Source: Macrostomum hystrix
Taxonomy: Eukaryota; Animalia; Platyhelminthes
DNA: 64,000 bases
Assembly: GCA_950097015.1 (NCBI GenBank)
Contig: CATNEN010000039.1
Span: 16,244,001 to 16,308,000, forward strand
Reading direction: 5' to 3'
The notes below the pieces were generated by a model. The model did no database searches. It was not told the origin of the DNA and worked only from the letters and a program-made list of their open reading frames with translations. Shown here piece after piece: positions 29,501 through 43,880 of the stretch (within the stretch, counting starts at the first letter, position 1; every line of letters starts with the position of its first letter). The translations under genes and the position numbers were made by a program.

Positions 29501-32500
29501 TCGACTTGAGGTGAGAACAGTCAATGTACTTTATTAGGCACTTCCGCATTTAACAGAAATCACTCTTAGTATTTCGGATTAGAGGATAAAAACAGTAGGA
29601 TTAAGGATTAGAGGAATTAAATATGAAATAGCAAAATTATGAAGAACCAATCAGATCGATTTCAATCAACCCATTTTGGCAGAAAATTCCGTTGAAAGAC
29701 TTCAGCAGCGAGATTCGGGCCAACCTGGACATCGAGCGTTTCCTGAAGGAGGCCACCCTGCTGCTGGATCTGGAGGGCGACAACATTGAATGCATCATCG
29801 ACAGGATGCTGCAGTCAATCTTCAAAGCCGACATTGAAGCCCACAGCGGTAATCATCATCAACATCATCATCACAGTCAGCAGCAGCAGCAGCAACAGCA
29901 GCTGCCAAACACTTCGTCAGCTGCCGCAGTCATCGTCGAAGCTGGTGAAGCTAACGACGCCGCCTTGGATGCCAAAGTGCAAGAGGCAAAGAGGACATTG
30001 TTCTTGCAAGCCTCCTGGATGGACTACAGCTGTGAGAGTCGCCCAGCTGCCGAGGACAGATGGGACTGGGAGAGATGAGACAGGGGAGAGATGCGACACG
30101 GGAGATATTAGACACGGGAGAGATGAGACACGGGAGAGATCAGACACGGGAGAGATGAGACACGGGAGAGATTAGACACGGGAGATATTAGACACGGGAG
30201 ATATTAGACACGGGAGATATTAGACACGGGAGAGATGAAACACGGGAGAGATTAGACACGGGAGAGATGAGACACGGGAGAGATGAGACACGGGAGAGAT
30301 TAGACACGGGAGAGATGAGACACGGGAGAGATGAGACACGGGAGAGATGAGACACGGGAGAGATCAGACACGGGAGAGATGAGACACGGGAGAGATTAGA
30401 CACGGGAGATATTAGACACGGGAGATATTAGACACGGGAGATATTAGACACGGGAGATATTAGACACGGGAGAGATGAGACACGGGAGAGATGAGACACG
30501 GGAGAGATGAGACACGGGAGAGATGAGACACGGGAGAGATGAGACACGGGAGAGATCAGACACGGGAGAGATGAGACACGGGAGAGATCAGACACGGGAG
30601 AGATGAGACACGGGAGAGATAAGACACGGGAGAGATCAGACACGGGAGAGATGAGGCAGAGCAGAAATGAGACTTGGAGCATTTTCGCATTATGTTGGTT
30701 TTAGAAGAACAACAGTCGAAAAGCTAGCACAAAAAGTTCATCGAACAACGGTTTTAAAGTCAAGATAGAAAGACAACGATTGAGATAGATAGAGAAGAGA
30801 AGAGACGAGCATATGATGGTTTGTGAGGGCCAGGCGTGCTCACGGAGCGGGGCGGTATGAGATGCAGTTGAGTAGAGCTGATTTCGAACAGCTCGGAGTT
30901 AGAAGGGCCTGACTCGAACTACACGGCAGAATCTCGCTTTTTCTCTCGGCCGGCCTTTATAAGCTTCTGGACCGATAATTAAATCCCAGAATGATAGTAC
31001 CGCCCCCCCATCCGGGAGATTTCTAGCCTAGGACTCAGTACTCGAGGGCATCCGTGGTTGTTTATAAGGCTCAATCTAACACGCGCCGCAGAGAGACATG
31101 ACGCTGATGGCCTAGAGTCAAGACTTATAAGTCTTTCGCTTCATCTTTTCTCTTTCGCGATCTCGCGATCTCGCCCCATGATATTCTCGACGCGTTTACA
31201 TACAGTGCGGTTTTAGTAACATAATTAATGCGTTTAGATTCACTACAAGCCTTTGGGTAACAAGCAATAGATATGAGAGAAAAACAATAAAGAATTTCAG
31301 AGTAACTAGACATTGGCGAGAGGACAGGCTATAGGCTGATAACAGAGGCGCGAGATAACTAAGATAAGAGAGAATGGAGATAACAGTGAATGGAGATGAG
31401 AGAGAATGGAGATGAGAGAGAATGGAGATGAGAGTGAATGGAGATAAGAGATAATGGAGATGAGAGAGAATGGAGATAAGAGAGAATGGAGATGGGAGAG
31501 AATGGAGATGAGAGAGAATGGAGATAAGAGAGAATGGAGATGGGAGAGAATGGAGATGAGAGAGAATGGAGATGAGAGAGAATGGAGATAAGAGATAATC
31601 GAGATGGGAGAGAATGGAGATGGGAGAGAATGGAGATGGGAGAGAATGGAGATGAGAGAAAATAGAGATTAGAGATAATGGAGATGGGAGAGAATGGAGA
31701 TGGGAGAGAATGGAGATGGGAGAGAATGTAGATGAGATATAATAGAGATGAGAGAGAATGGAGATGAGAGAGAAGGAAGATAAGAGTGAAGGGAGATAAG
31801 CAATAGAGATGAGTGTGAAGGGAGATGAGAGTGAAGGGAGATAAGCAATAGAAATGAGTGTGAAGGGAGATGAGAGTGAAGGGAGATAAGCAACAGAGAT
31901 GAGTGTGAAGGGAGATGAGAATGAAGGGAGATAAGCAATAGAAATAAGAGACATGGATTGATTTGTTGAATAGATTAAGTAACAAATTTGAATGAAAAGA
32001 TATATCTTTCTTAATTCATATAATTTCCAATTGATTTTGAAGTGAAAAACACAATAAGGCCAAATAATCACGCATTCTATTATATTATCTGCTACTGCTA
32101 CTCATTTCAGACCAACGATTAGCGAAAACAATAAAGAGCATCTCAGTAATTGACAGCGAAGGACTGATCACAGATAACAGCTGGCTATGCACCATGTGAG
32201 GGCAATTCGCTTTCATGATTAATTGTCGAATATTTTTCAATTGCGATTCGAACAAAATCACCTTATCTTACCCCAACCTACTCAACTTAGGTGCTCACTT
32301 AGCGGAGTGCACAGGCGTCACGTGGCCATAGCCAGGCTTAGCAGCCCCGTCAATTTGGGCAGGTCTTCCGAGGGCGTCTATTTCATACTGCTGGTGGTCA
32401 CGCCAACCAAGGAGGTCAGTGTCAGTCAGTCAGTCAGTCAGTCAGTCAGTCAGTCAGTTAGTCAGTCAGTTAGTCAGTCAGTCAGTCAGTCAGTCAGTCA

Positions 32501-32544
32501 GTCAGTCAGTCAGTTAGTCAGTCAGTCAGTCAGTCAGTCAGTCA

Positions 32545-32587
<43 letters not shown>

Positions 32588-35500
32588 AGTCAGTCAGTCA
32601 GTCAGTCAGTCAGTCAGTCAGTCAGTCAGTCAGTCAGTCAGTCAGTCAGTCAGTCAGTCAGTCAGTCAGTCAGTCAGTCAGTCAGTCAGTCAGTCAGTCA
32701 TTCAGTCAGCCACTGAAACCCCACCTTAGCAGAAAGGCACCAAAAGCGACATCGAGCTTGGCAGAACCTTTGCCACCATCCTGGCTGACGCAGACTTTCG
32801 TCAGCGCCTGATGCTGGCGGAGTCTGAGGCCGAGTTCAAGTCAATGATGCAGTCGCACGCGCAGGACCTGGGCGAGGAGCAAAAAATCTACAGGCGGAAA
32901 AGTCTGCGAACCAAAGACTTCATGACGCAGGCCTTCAGCTATGTAGGCTGTCTGGGTGTCTGTCCAGGATGTCTGTCTAGGGCGTCTGTCTAGGGTGTCT
33001 GTCTGTCCAGGGTGTCTGTCTGTCCAAGCTGTTTTTCTGTCCAGGTTGTCTGTCTAGGGTGTCTGAGTGATCCAGTGTGTCTGTCTGCTCAGCTATTTCA
33101 GTCTACACCAGTTAACATCCATTCAAAATTTCAATTTATCCACCAAACATTGCTGCAGGAGAACAGCTGGTTGCTATGCAACGGAATCAAAGCCGATCTT
33201 AAACGCAGACTTCGTCACTACCCATCCGACTTCATCGATGGTACGGACCCGAGGGTTGAGACAGCCTAGACTGGATATATTTGGCATTATTTGCACATAA
33301 AACAATTGACCGCCTATGGGACACAACATTATGTTTGTTAGCTATCATGTGTCAGAGTTTGAAGTGACTAAGACTTTAGAGAAAGATTATTTTCTACTGA
33401 GTAACAATTTTCGCCCTTTGTCACTAATTCCTTCGCTAAAATATCGCCTGTAATTATCACCTAATTAGGCGTCCGCGGGCCGAAAACCATAAAGAAGGTT
33501 TTGTCCACAATATTTTTTCTCTACTTTGCCTGCCTGATGCCGTGCATCGCGTTTGGCGTCCTTAACGACAATCAGACTGATGGAAATATCAGTGAGATTG
33601 TTAATTAAATTGTTTTTCATTTCTTCGAATTGTTACCATAGCAACTAGCATAGCAATTAACAATGCGTCCTCCGACCTGTAAGGTGTCCAGCGAGTGATT
33701 CTCTCTCAGAGCATCGGCGGAGTGACATTCGCTCTGATTGGAGGACAGCCGCTCATAGTCATGCTCACAACTGCACCACTGGCTCTCTACACAAGGAGTG
33801 AGTGGCTGACTCAGTTAAGCGAGTCATTAGTTCGTTTTTTGCATTTCTAGCAGAATTTCTAGAATAGTTATATTTTTTTGTAATATACCTAGATAATGAG
33901 TAAATTACCGGGCTTATGAGTGATTTAATGAGTTTATGAGTGATGTAATTAGTTTATGAGTGATGTAATGAGTTTATGAGTGATGTAATGAGTTTATGAG
34001 TGATGTAATGAGTTTATGAGTGATGTAATGAGTTTATGAGTGATGTATTGAGTTTATGAGCTAGAGAAAGAATTTATGAGTTAGGTTACGAGTTTATGAG
34101 TTAGAAAACTAGTTGATAAGTTAGAAAATGCGTTTATGATTTACAGAAAAAGTTTATGAGTTTTCGAGAGACAGAAAAAGTTGATAAGTGAGTTTACCAG
34201 TAAATGAGTCATATAATATGTATTTTTCAGTAAAATTATGAATTGATGGTTGAGATCGTGAGTTTATGAGTATGCAAAGTAAGTTTGTCATAAAGTTTAC
34301 CATTGTCAACAATAAATAGTGACATTATTTATAACAAAAAATCTGCATTGGCGTTATGAGAATCAGAGATGTAGTGAAATGCTAAAACCAACCTCGAGTT
34401 AATAGTTAATTCTTGTTCATTTGGTTGAGAATAATTAAACGATGAATAATTTAAGCAAAGAAAATTTGTCGAATTCAAATTACCTTGAACTAGGCCACCT
34501 GTTTGCGTGTCGAAGAAAAAATAAATTAAAATTGATTGTTGAAAATTTATTATGAAGTCACGAATCAGCAAGTGAAAAAAAATAGTATTTTATTTAACAA
34601 ATTCTTTCCGCAGTAATCTACGAGATTAGCAGGGATCACAAATTGGACTTCTTTGCACTTTTTGGCTGGGTTGGAGTCTTCAACGCACTGCTGCTACTGC
34701 TGTACTCCAGTGTGGACATGGCCAAGCTCATGCGCTGGTCTACTAGAAGCACAGAGGAAATCTTCGCCTTGTTCATCTCCATCGCATTCATGGTTGAGGC
34801 CTGCAAAAGCGTCTACAAAGGTTTGTCGCTAACGGACCGTCAGCCCTTTACTCCAGCGTTATCTGCCCACTTCGGCACCGTTATCTATACTCTCTACCCA
34901 AACGTTATCCGCCATCTACCCCACCGTTATCTGCGCTCTACTCCAACGTTATCCGCCCTGTACGCTCAACTTTATCCGCCCTCTACCCCACCGTTTTCCG
35001 CCCTCTACCCCAGCGTTATCTGCCCTCTACCCCAGCTTTTTTCGCCATCTACCCACCGTTATCCACCATCTAACTCAACATTTTCCGCCCTCTCCCCCAA
35101 ACGTTATCCGCCCTCTACTCCCCATTATCCACCATCTACCCCATCTTTATCCGCCCCTGCCCCACCGTTACTCGCCCTCTGCCCTAACGTCATCAGACAT
35201 CTGCTTCGCCGTTATCCGCCCTCTACCTAACGTCATCCGCCATCTGCTTCGCCGCTAACCGCCCCAACCCCACCGTTATTCGCCCTCTACCTAATCATCA
35301 TCCGCCCTCTACCTAACTATCATCCGCCCTCTACCTAATTATCATCCGCCCTCTACCTAATCATCATCCGCCCTCTACCTAACTATCATCCGCCCTCTAC
35401 CTAATTATCATCCGCCCTCTACCTAATCATCATCCGCCCTCTACCTAACTATCATCCGCCCTCTACCTAATTATCATCCGCCCTCTACCTAACTATCATC

Positions 35501-38500
35501 CGCCCTCTACCTAACTATCATCCGCCCTCTACCTAATTATCATCCGCCCTCTACCTAATTATCATCCGCCCTCTACCTAACTATCATCCGCCCTCTACCC
35601 AATTATCATCCGCCCCCTACCCAATTATCATTCGCTTGGTGCTGTTTTTAAGTGATACTCACTACCATCTGTCATCTCCTAGTTCATAATCGACTTCCGC
35701 TTTGACTTTCGTCCCAAATTTTCAATCTCTTTAATCTCCGCTTCTTTAAGTTGTCTGCAACAAAAGCAGACGCGCTTGGCACATTTAACAGAACACCTGG
35801 AAAAGCATGTCTAATTAGTTTCTTTTCGCAAAACAGTCGCCACTCTATTTTATCAGTCACCTTCTTTGCGAAACAAAAACTGATCCTTTCCTTTCCTTTA
35901 ATCTTGTATCCAGACTTTTCTATACATTTATTTCTTGAGTCAATCTTCGCATCACACACAAGCACGCACACTTACTAGACACACTTGACTCTTATTTTAA
36001 GCTACTCAAAGATGTCTTTCATAGTTGATGAACACACTTCCTTGGAGCTAGCTGCTAGCAGAGATTTCCTGATTTCCTGCCCTTGACTTGTACAATAGTT
36101 TCACTGCTTTGCTGGCTTCTATCAAATTGTGCGTCAGTTTTTAAGCAAGTAATTTGGATGAATTTCGGGTTTTCAAACTCGGTAACTGTAACTGAGGAAT
36201 TTTCGAAATTATGTTGAATACAGTTTAGCATTATCTTGAAGATCTTCCGAAATGCTCAGAAAAAACTGAATATTCTCACAAAATATTTTCCGAAAGACAT
36301 TCTGATGTATTCTCAAAATCCTACATTGGACTCACAAAATCCTCATGAAAAGCTAGAAAAATACTCCCTACAGATCAACCTTTAAAACATCCCAAAATCC
36401 TCCTGAAGAATTCCCTAAGTCCTCCTGAGGAATTCCCTAAATCCTCCTGAAGATTTCCTAAAATCCTCCTGAAGAATTCCCTAAATTCTCATGAGGAATT
36501 CCCTAAATCCTCCTGAAGAATTTCCTAAATCCTCCTGAAGAATTCCCTAAATCCTCCTGAAGAATTTCCTAAATCCTCCTGAAGAATTCCCTAAATCCTC
36601 CTGAAGATTTCCTAAATCCTCATGAGGAATTCCCTAAATCCTCCTGAAGAATTCCCGAAATAATCCTGAAGCATGCCCTAAATCCTAATGAGGAATTCCT
36701 GCCAATCCGCCTGAAGAATTCCTGTTAATCCTCCTGAAGAATTACTCCCGATTCTCCTGAAGAATTTCCTAAATCTACCTGAAGGATTGCTCCTGAACCT
36801 CCTGAAGAATTTACTAAAAAGTTCTAAAGAATTCCTGCCAATAACCTTGAAGAATTTCCTGAATATTCCTGAAGAATTACCGAAATCCTCTAAAATCCCC
36901 CAAACTCTCAGAGTTCCAGAAGAACTACTTCTGCAGCAACCAGTCGTCAGTTGCTTCAGCAGCGACTGACTCCAACTACTCGATGACCGAGTTTTCTCTG
37001 CATTCAATCGTCAATAACAGTAGCAACGACATAATCCAAGCTGGCACTGCGGCCTGTCAGAGGGACATCAGCATCCTGTTTCTGCTGCTGTGCGCTGGAA
37101 CCGTGTTCCTATCCATGTACCTACTAAACTTCACCAAAACGTGAGCCCAATTTGCCGGGATGTGAGGCTGCCTGAGATACTGCCCAGCTGGCTGAACTTT
37201 ACAACCATTAAAGTTCATTCATTAAAGTTCAGTCATTACCCACCATTCACCATCTGTATGTTTGGTCATTACCCACCATTCACCATCTGTATGTTTGGTC
37301 ATTACTCACCATTCACCATCTGTATGTTTAGTCATTACCCACCATTCACCATCTGTATGTTTGGTCATTACCCACCATTCACCATCTGTATGTTTGGTCA
37401 TTACTCACCATTCACCATCTGTATGTTTAGTCATTACCCACCATTCACCATCTGTATGTTTGGTCATTACCCATCATTCACCATCTGAATGTTTGGTCAT
37501 TACCCATCATTCACCATCTGTTTGTTTGGTCATTACCCACCATTCACCATCTGTATGTTTGGTCATTACTCACCATTCACCATCTGTATGTTTAGTCATT
37601 ACCCACCATTCACCATCTGTATGTTTGGTCATTACCCACCATTCACCATCTGTTTGTTTGGTCATTACCCACCATTCACCATCTGTTTGTTTGGTCATTA
37701 CCCATCATTCACCAATATGTTTGTTTGGTCATTACCCACCATTCACCATCTGTTTGTTTGGTCATTACCCACCATTCACCATCTGTATGTTTGGTCATTA
37801 CCCACCATTCACCATCTGTTTGTTTGGTCATTACCCATCATTCACCAATATGTTTGTTTGGTCATTACCCACCATTCACCATCTGTTTGTTTGGTCATTA
37901 CCCATCATTCACCAATATGTTTGGTCATTTCCCCTAATCCACAAATCGGTTGGTTTGGTCATTACCCTTAAATTATTATTTGTATATTTTATCAGTATCA
38001 TTATCATCTTTTATTAAGGATTATATCATCCCGCTATGATCATTGTTATGTTCATTGTCTTTTTTTAGGTTGAAGCAACTGACAAATGGAAACATTTTTT
38101 CTCGCAGAAGAACATGCATTTTTTGAAATTATCGATTTTCTCACCCTTTGAAATCGGAAGCAGCAAGTTTACTTGAAAAACGCAAAATTTTCACTAAAAC
38201 CTACTCAGGCCCTACTTAAACCGGGCGAAACGGGAACTAATGGCAGATTTCTCTTTGCCAGTTGCTGTACTGGTCATGTCCTTCTGCGGAACCTACCTCT
38301 TCAAGGATGTTCAGCGTGAGTACACTGAAGAGCTGCTTGATCATATTTAACAGGAAATTGTTTGCAAAACATTTTTCTAGGGATTAGTGCAATAGAGTTT
38401 GACAGCCATGGTTCGATTAAAAACTATGTGGATTATTCGATACTATAAAGTACAAAAAACATGCTGCTGAAATACATGCAGCAATCAGATTCTAATCAAA

Positions 38501-41500
38501 GCAAAATGCAAATTCGACTGTCTTTTTTGTTGAAAAAAAATTAACATTTTCTGAGCTTTTTTAAATCCTCTAGAATGCAGACTAGTCATCGATGAAATTG
38601 CGGGCCTTTACTTGCATATCACCTTTCGATAGTAAATTGGAGAGCATTTTAAAATAAAGATTTGCTTTCTTCTGCTTTGATATAAAACTAATTATGAAGA
38701 AAGAAGAAACCTTAGAGTACAAAAATTCTACCGCCCACGCATGGGAGAATGACTAAACAATCTCTATAAGAATCCAAAAATTCCCAACTATTGCTGATTT
38801 ATGTAAAAGTCAGCAACCCACTCTACAATGCACCAACTCCCCCTAAATGTCGCCCATTAAGCCTAAAAAGTCGTCCACCAACCTCTTGAGTCCAAACATC
38901 CACCCGAAAAGTCATCCACCAATCCCATTAGAGGCCCACCCACCCCAAAAGTCGTCCACCAAGCCCGAAAGTGGCCCACCAACCCCAAAAATCATCCACC
39001 CAACCCATTAGTGGCCCACCCACCCCAAAAGTCGTCCACTAAGCCCGAAAGTGGTCCACAAACCCCAAAAATCATCCACCCACCCCATTGGCTGCCCACC
39101 CACCCCAAAAGTCGTCTACCAAGCCCGAAAGTGGTCCACAAACTCCAAAAATCATCCACCCACCCCATTGGCGGCCCACCCAACCCACAAGTCGTCCACA
39201 AAGTCCAAAATTGGCCCACCAACCCCAAAAATCATCCACCCACCCCATTAGTGACCCACCCACCCCAAAAGTCGTCCACTAAGCCCGAAAGTGGCCCACC
39301 AACCCCAAAAATCATCCACTCACCCCATTGGCGGCCCACCCAACCCACAAGTCGTCCACTAAGCCCGAAAGTGGTCCACAAACTCCAAAAATCATCCACC
39401 CACCCCATTGGCTGCCCACCCACCCCAAAAGTCGTCTACCAAGCCCGAAAGTGGCCCACCAACCCCAAAAATCATCCACCCACCCCATTAGTGGCCCACC
39501 CACCCCAAAAGTTGTCCACTAAGCCCGTAAGTGGCCCACCAACCCCAAAAATCATCCACCCAACCCATTAGTGGCCCACCCACCCCAAAAGTCGTCTACC
39601 AAGCACGAAAGTGGTCCACAAACTCCAAAAATCATCCACCCACCCCATTGGCTGCCCACCCACCCCAAAAGTCGTCCACTAAGCCCGAAAGTGGCCCACC
39701 AACCCCAAAAATCATCCACCCAACCCATTAGTGGCCCACCCACCCCAAAAGTCGTCCACTAAGCCCGAAAGTGGCCCACCAACCCCAAAAATCATCCACC
39801 CAACCCATTCGTGGCCCACCCACCCCAAAAGTCGTCCACTAAGCCCGAAAGTGGCCCACCAACCCCAAAAATCATCCACCCAACCCATTCGTGGCCCACC
39901 CACCCCAAAAGTCGTCCACTAAGCCCGAAAGTGGCCCACCAACCCCAAAAATCATCCACCCAACCCATTAGTGGCCCACCCACCCCAAAAGTCGTCCACC
40001 AAGCCGAAGAGTGGCCCAGCATCCCGAAAAGTCATCCAACAACCTCAAAAGTGGCACAACCACCCCAAAATTAAAAGTGGTCCTCTCATCGCAAGAGTTG
40101 CAGATTCACCTTAAAAATCGCTCACATACTTTCCCGCACTTTCTCTAAAGTGGAAAAATTCCAGTGCGAGTCAATCGTGAAAGTTCGCTTCACAATCGCC
40201 ACCCCCCTGCCCGCGTCGGCCATCCTGGGCGCTTTCGGATTGGCCATTCCTCTGTCAATGCTGTTCTTCATGGACCAGAACATCAGCTCGGCTATGGTCA
40301 ACAATCCCACTAACAAGTAAGGAGGTTAATTTCCTTTTTTAATTGCTATAGAATGCCGAGGCGCCTATTCTACTGAGAGTAAAGTAGATATAATATAATA
40401 TTTATTAGTTTAGAAAACATTCTTTGAGAACACATTCTTTGAGAACACATTCTTTGAGAACACATACTTTGAGAACACATTCTATGAGAACACATTCTTT
40501 GAGAACACATTCTATTAGAACACATTCTTTGAGAACACATTCTTTGAGAACACATTCTTTGAGAACACATTCTTTGAGAACACATACTTTGAGAACACAT
40601 ACTTTGAGAACACATTCTTTGAGAACACATTCTTTGAGAACACATTGTTTGAGAACACATTCTTTGAGAACACATTCTTTGAGAACACATACTTTGAGAA
40701 CACATTCTATGAGAACACATTCTTTGAGAACACATTCTTTGAGAACACATTCTTTGAGAACACATTCTTTGAGAACACATTCTATGAGAACACATTCTTT
40801 GAGAACACATTCTTTGAGAACACATTCTTTGAGAACACATTCTTTGAGAACACATTCTATGAGAACACATTCTTTGAGAACACATTCTTTGAGAACACAT
40901 TCTTTGAGAACACATTCTTTGAGAACACATACTTTGAGAACACATTTTATGAGAACACATTCTTTGAGAACACATTCTATGAGAACACATTCTTTGAGAA
41001 CACATTCTTTGAGAACACATTCTTTGAGAATACATTCTTTAAAAACACAAACTTTGAGAACACATTCCTTGAGAAAGAATTTTGAATATACTTCGATAAT
41101 AAAACGTTGATTAACTGAATACAAAACTACTCAGGCTGAAGAAAGGCTCAGCTTATCACCTGGACCTGTTGGCGGTCGCGTTAATCAACGGCTGCCTGTC
41201 CTGCCTGGGACTGCCCTGGCTGCATGGCGCACTGCCGCATTCGCCACTGCACGTGAAGGCGCTGGCCGACTTGGAGGAGCGAATCGATCTTGGACAGCAT
41301 GTGCAGCAGACGTGCGTCTTGCTTTTATTAGAGTCTTTTATTAGAATGGGGAATTTTCCTGTCTGACTTTCTTTGTTAACTCTTTGGTAAAAGGATTTCC
41401 CTTGAATTTTTTCTGGGATTTCTCGCAATGCTTACTGAAGGATTTTTCTCTTGTTTGTGATTTTCTGGGATATCCTGTCATGTTGATTATGGGATTCCAC

Positions 41501-43250
41501 AAAATTTCGTTTTTGTCTGGGATTTGCCTTGCTATTTGGGATTCCCCTTGCTTTTTTTTCTGGGAATTCCCGTCATGTACATTCTAGTGGCTGGTGCCTT
41601 TTTGGGAATTCCCGTCATGTACATTCTAGTGGCTGGTGCTTTTTCTTGGAATTCCTGCAACGCTTACTGTGAGAGTTTTTTTGGGATTTCCAGACATTGT
41701 CATTCTGGGATCGCCCTTACTTTTTATATTATAGGATTTCCCGCACTAATCTATTATGGATAAGGGATTCCCTTTGCTAGTGCCTTTTTAGGATTTACCA
41801 ATGTTTTCCCTTCAATGTAATTCCCATTGTCTTTGGGATTCTCTGTTGCTTTTGTGATATCTTCACATGTACACCTGTTTTACTTCAGGGAATGAGAGCA
41901 TTAAAGTTTTATTTATATTATATTGCTTTCGGGTCTGATCCGAAAAGCTTAACGGGATTTCCCGTCAAAAAATCTATTTTTAACTTACCCCCATCCTCAG
42001 GGTGGTGCGCGTACGTGAGACTCGCATCACTGGCATCCTGGCCAACACCATGGTCGGCTTATCGCTGCTGATGTGCCCGCAGCCTCTAAACTTCATTCCA
42101 GTGCCGGTTCTTAACGGTCTGTTTGTCTGCATGGCCATCACCTCCGTAATGGGAAACCAGCTGTTTGAAAGAATTCTACTACTATTCACTGAACAGGTTG
42201 GCGGCTTAGAATGCTTTTAAAATCTTGTCAACAAGGCAGTAAAATTCTGACACTCGACACGCACCCCATTTCTCACCTCCCAGGCGGCCTACCCGCCGTC
42301 TCACTACCTGCGCCGTGTGCCGCAGCGGAAAGTACACATTTTCACTCTCCTTCAGCTGCTGCAGTTGGCTGGTCTGTGCGCCTTTGGGTTCAGCGCCGTC
42401 GCCTACACCAAGATGGTGTTCCCGGTGCTGCTGCTGCTGCAGTTGCCTATCAGGTTTGACTGTTTTTTAGAAAACTTTGAAAGGATTAATATATGATTAA
42501 GAGAGAAACATAGCATTTAAAATGTTTCTAACTCAAGCTATAAGGAAAATGAGCACCATGTTTTTTAATATTAGCTGCGTAAATGTTCTTAGAATATTCT
42601 TGTTCTTAGAATATTATTGTAAATATTCTTAGAATATTATTGTAAATATTCTTAGAATATTCTTGTAAATATTCTTAGAATATTCTTGTAAATATTCTTA
42701 GAATATTCTTGTAAATATTCTTAGAATATTCTTGTAAATATTCTTAGAATATTCTTGTAAATATTCTTAGAATATTCTTGTAAATATTCTTAGAATATTC
42801 TTGTAAATATTCTTGGAAACTAGTAAATATAGTTAGAACGCGCATGCCCATATTTTTGTAGTTTCTTGGAAACTGACCACGATAGGTTCACGAAAAAATG
42901 AATACATTACGATTTCTAGAAAGGATCGGTAAAACAGATCAATTTTGTCAAATTTGCAGTTCTGACGAACTACTCAGAGGCGTTTTAAATTTAACGCCTC
43001 GTGTTCCATAAACGAATAAGGACAGAATAGAAACTAAAAAAATTTCCTTTACAAATGGAATTATATTTTAGGTTAGTTTATTTTTAGAAGGAGTTTTTCT
43101 GCAAACATTGAAAACATAAGGAAATCTACCACTCTATTAGAAAGAAAATCTGACTTCGTCATGTCCACTTAAAACCCTTTTTTAAGACACCTACTAATTC
43201 CGAAATTAATTGACGAGAACTACTTGGAGGCACTAGACAAGCCTATGTGA
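26587..43250 (+). CDS. SLC4A11: SLC4A11-like (BTR1/NaBC1) SLC4 family transporter. Exons 26587..26980, 29473..29510, 29683..30031, 32111..32195, 32291..32414, 32733..32942, 33159..33240, 33469..33591, 33684..33797, 34614..34820, 36912..37140, 38209..38315, 40151..40316, 41135..41311, 42001..42196, 42284..42453, 43187..43250
   Basis: All junctions are GT-AG and phase-consistent. Diagnostic motifs: [198 protein letters not shown]. The start exon is less certain. Confidence 0.93.
27120..28285. repeat. Complex GACA/CATA-rich intronic satellite with a 284-bp higher-order period
   Basis: Units such as CCATAGACAGACAGACACCCCGAAGAGACACAA; identical blocks recur every 284 bp. Confidence 0.9.
28718..29015 (+). 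CDS. Possible alternative first coding exon of the SLC4A11-like gene
   Basis: GC-rich open frame (MRKLV.../MKDCSGS...) ending AAA G|GT in phase 1, compatible with the acceptor of the 38-nt exon at 29473. Confidence 0.4.
30060..30660. repeat. 16-bp minisatellite (GAGATGAGACACGGGA)
   Basis: Same family as 1955-2840. Confidence 0.95.
31360..31950. repeat. GA-rich ~17-bp minisatellite (GAGAGAATGGAGATGAG)
   Basis: Tandem units. Confidence 0.9.
32415..32709. repeat. (GTCA)n microsatellite occupying almost an entire intron
   Basis: Begins at the GTCAGT donor and ends ~20 nt before the acceptor. Confidence 0.97.
33910..34040. repeat. 20-bp minisatellite (GAGTTTATGAGTGATGTAAT)
   Basis: Tandem units. 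Confidence 0.85.
34850..35630. repeat. 22-bp intronic minisatellite (ATCATCCGCCCTCTACCTAATT), degenerate at its 5' side
   Basis: Tandem units. Confidence 0.9.
36395..36890. repeat. 22-bp intronic minisatellite (AAATCCTCCTGAAGAATTCCCT)
   Basis: Tandem units. Confidence 0.9.
37230..37965. repeat. 33-bp intronic minisatellite
   Basis: Unit GGTCATTACCCACCATTCACCATCTGTATGTTT. Confidence 0.95.
38900..40070. repeat. C/A-rich 80-bp (2 x 40) intronic satellite
   Basis: CACCCCAAAAGTCGTCCACTAAGCCCGAAAGTGGCCCACC alternating with AACCCCAAAAATCATCCACCCAACCCATTAGTGGCCCACC. Confidence 0.93.
40415..41070. repeat. 15-bp intronic minisatellite (GAGAACACATTCTTT)
   Basis: Tandem units. Confidence 0.97.
42585..42815. 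repeat. 23-bp AT-rich intronic minisatellite (TATTCTTAGAATATTCTTGTAAA)
   Basis: Tandem units. Confidence 0.93.
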
Positions 43251-43880
43251 CGTTTCGTCAGACATCCTGCGTTATAAGCTAGCGAAACGCACCAAGTGCA
43301 AACCGAAGAGCTGAAGAAGAGAGTCAACTCAACATTAAAATACACACAGGTCAACACCAAGCTCTTAGCGCCATTTTTTCCGGAACCATAAAAACAGTTT
43401 ACGTGGCAAATCGCTAAAAAACTTACCACAACAAGCCGCAAGCCGGCAGGAAAACTCCAAACAGTTATTTTTTGAACGAATTTATTTGTCTGTAATTTCT
43501 CGAACGTGTCTACCTAGCTGTCAGTTTTTATTGTCTACTTTTCTATACATTGTGTTCATTTTATTCGTTCTATCACACACACATCTTCTTATATTTTGTA
43601 ACTTTTTTTAAAGTAAAGCACACTGACAAAAGCCTGTCGATCACTTTTAGTTCAGAAGTAAGCACACTTAAAAAAACTGCACTTATGCTGTTCCCTGATA
43701 GCAATTCCTAATATCATCTCGATGAAATAAATCTGGTACTAAAGCTCGAATATTTGTGTGAGCAATCAAAAGAATATTTTGCTAATTCAATTGCAAAATT
43801 GAACTCAATGAAGACTCTAAAGAATTGTGAGATTGTCAGAACACGATAATAAAATGACAATTATTTTAACGTATTAAACA

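Noticed and set aside
30820-31125. GC-richer intronic segment as a solo LTR
   Set aside because: Could not define matching termini or a TSD.
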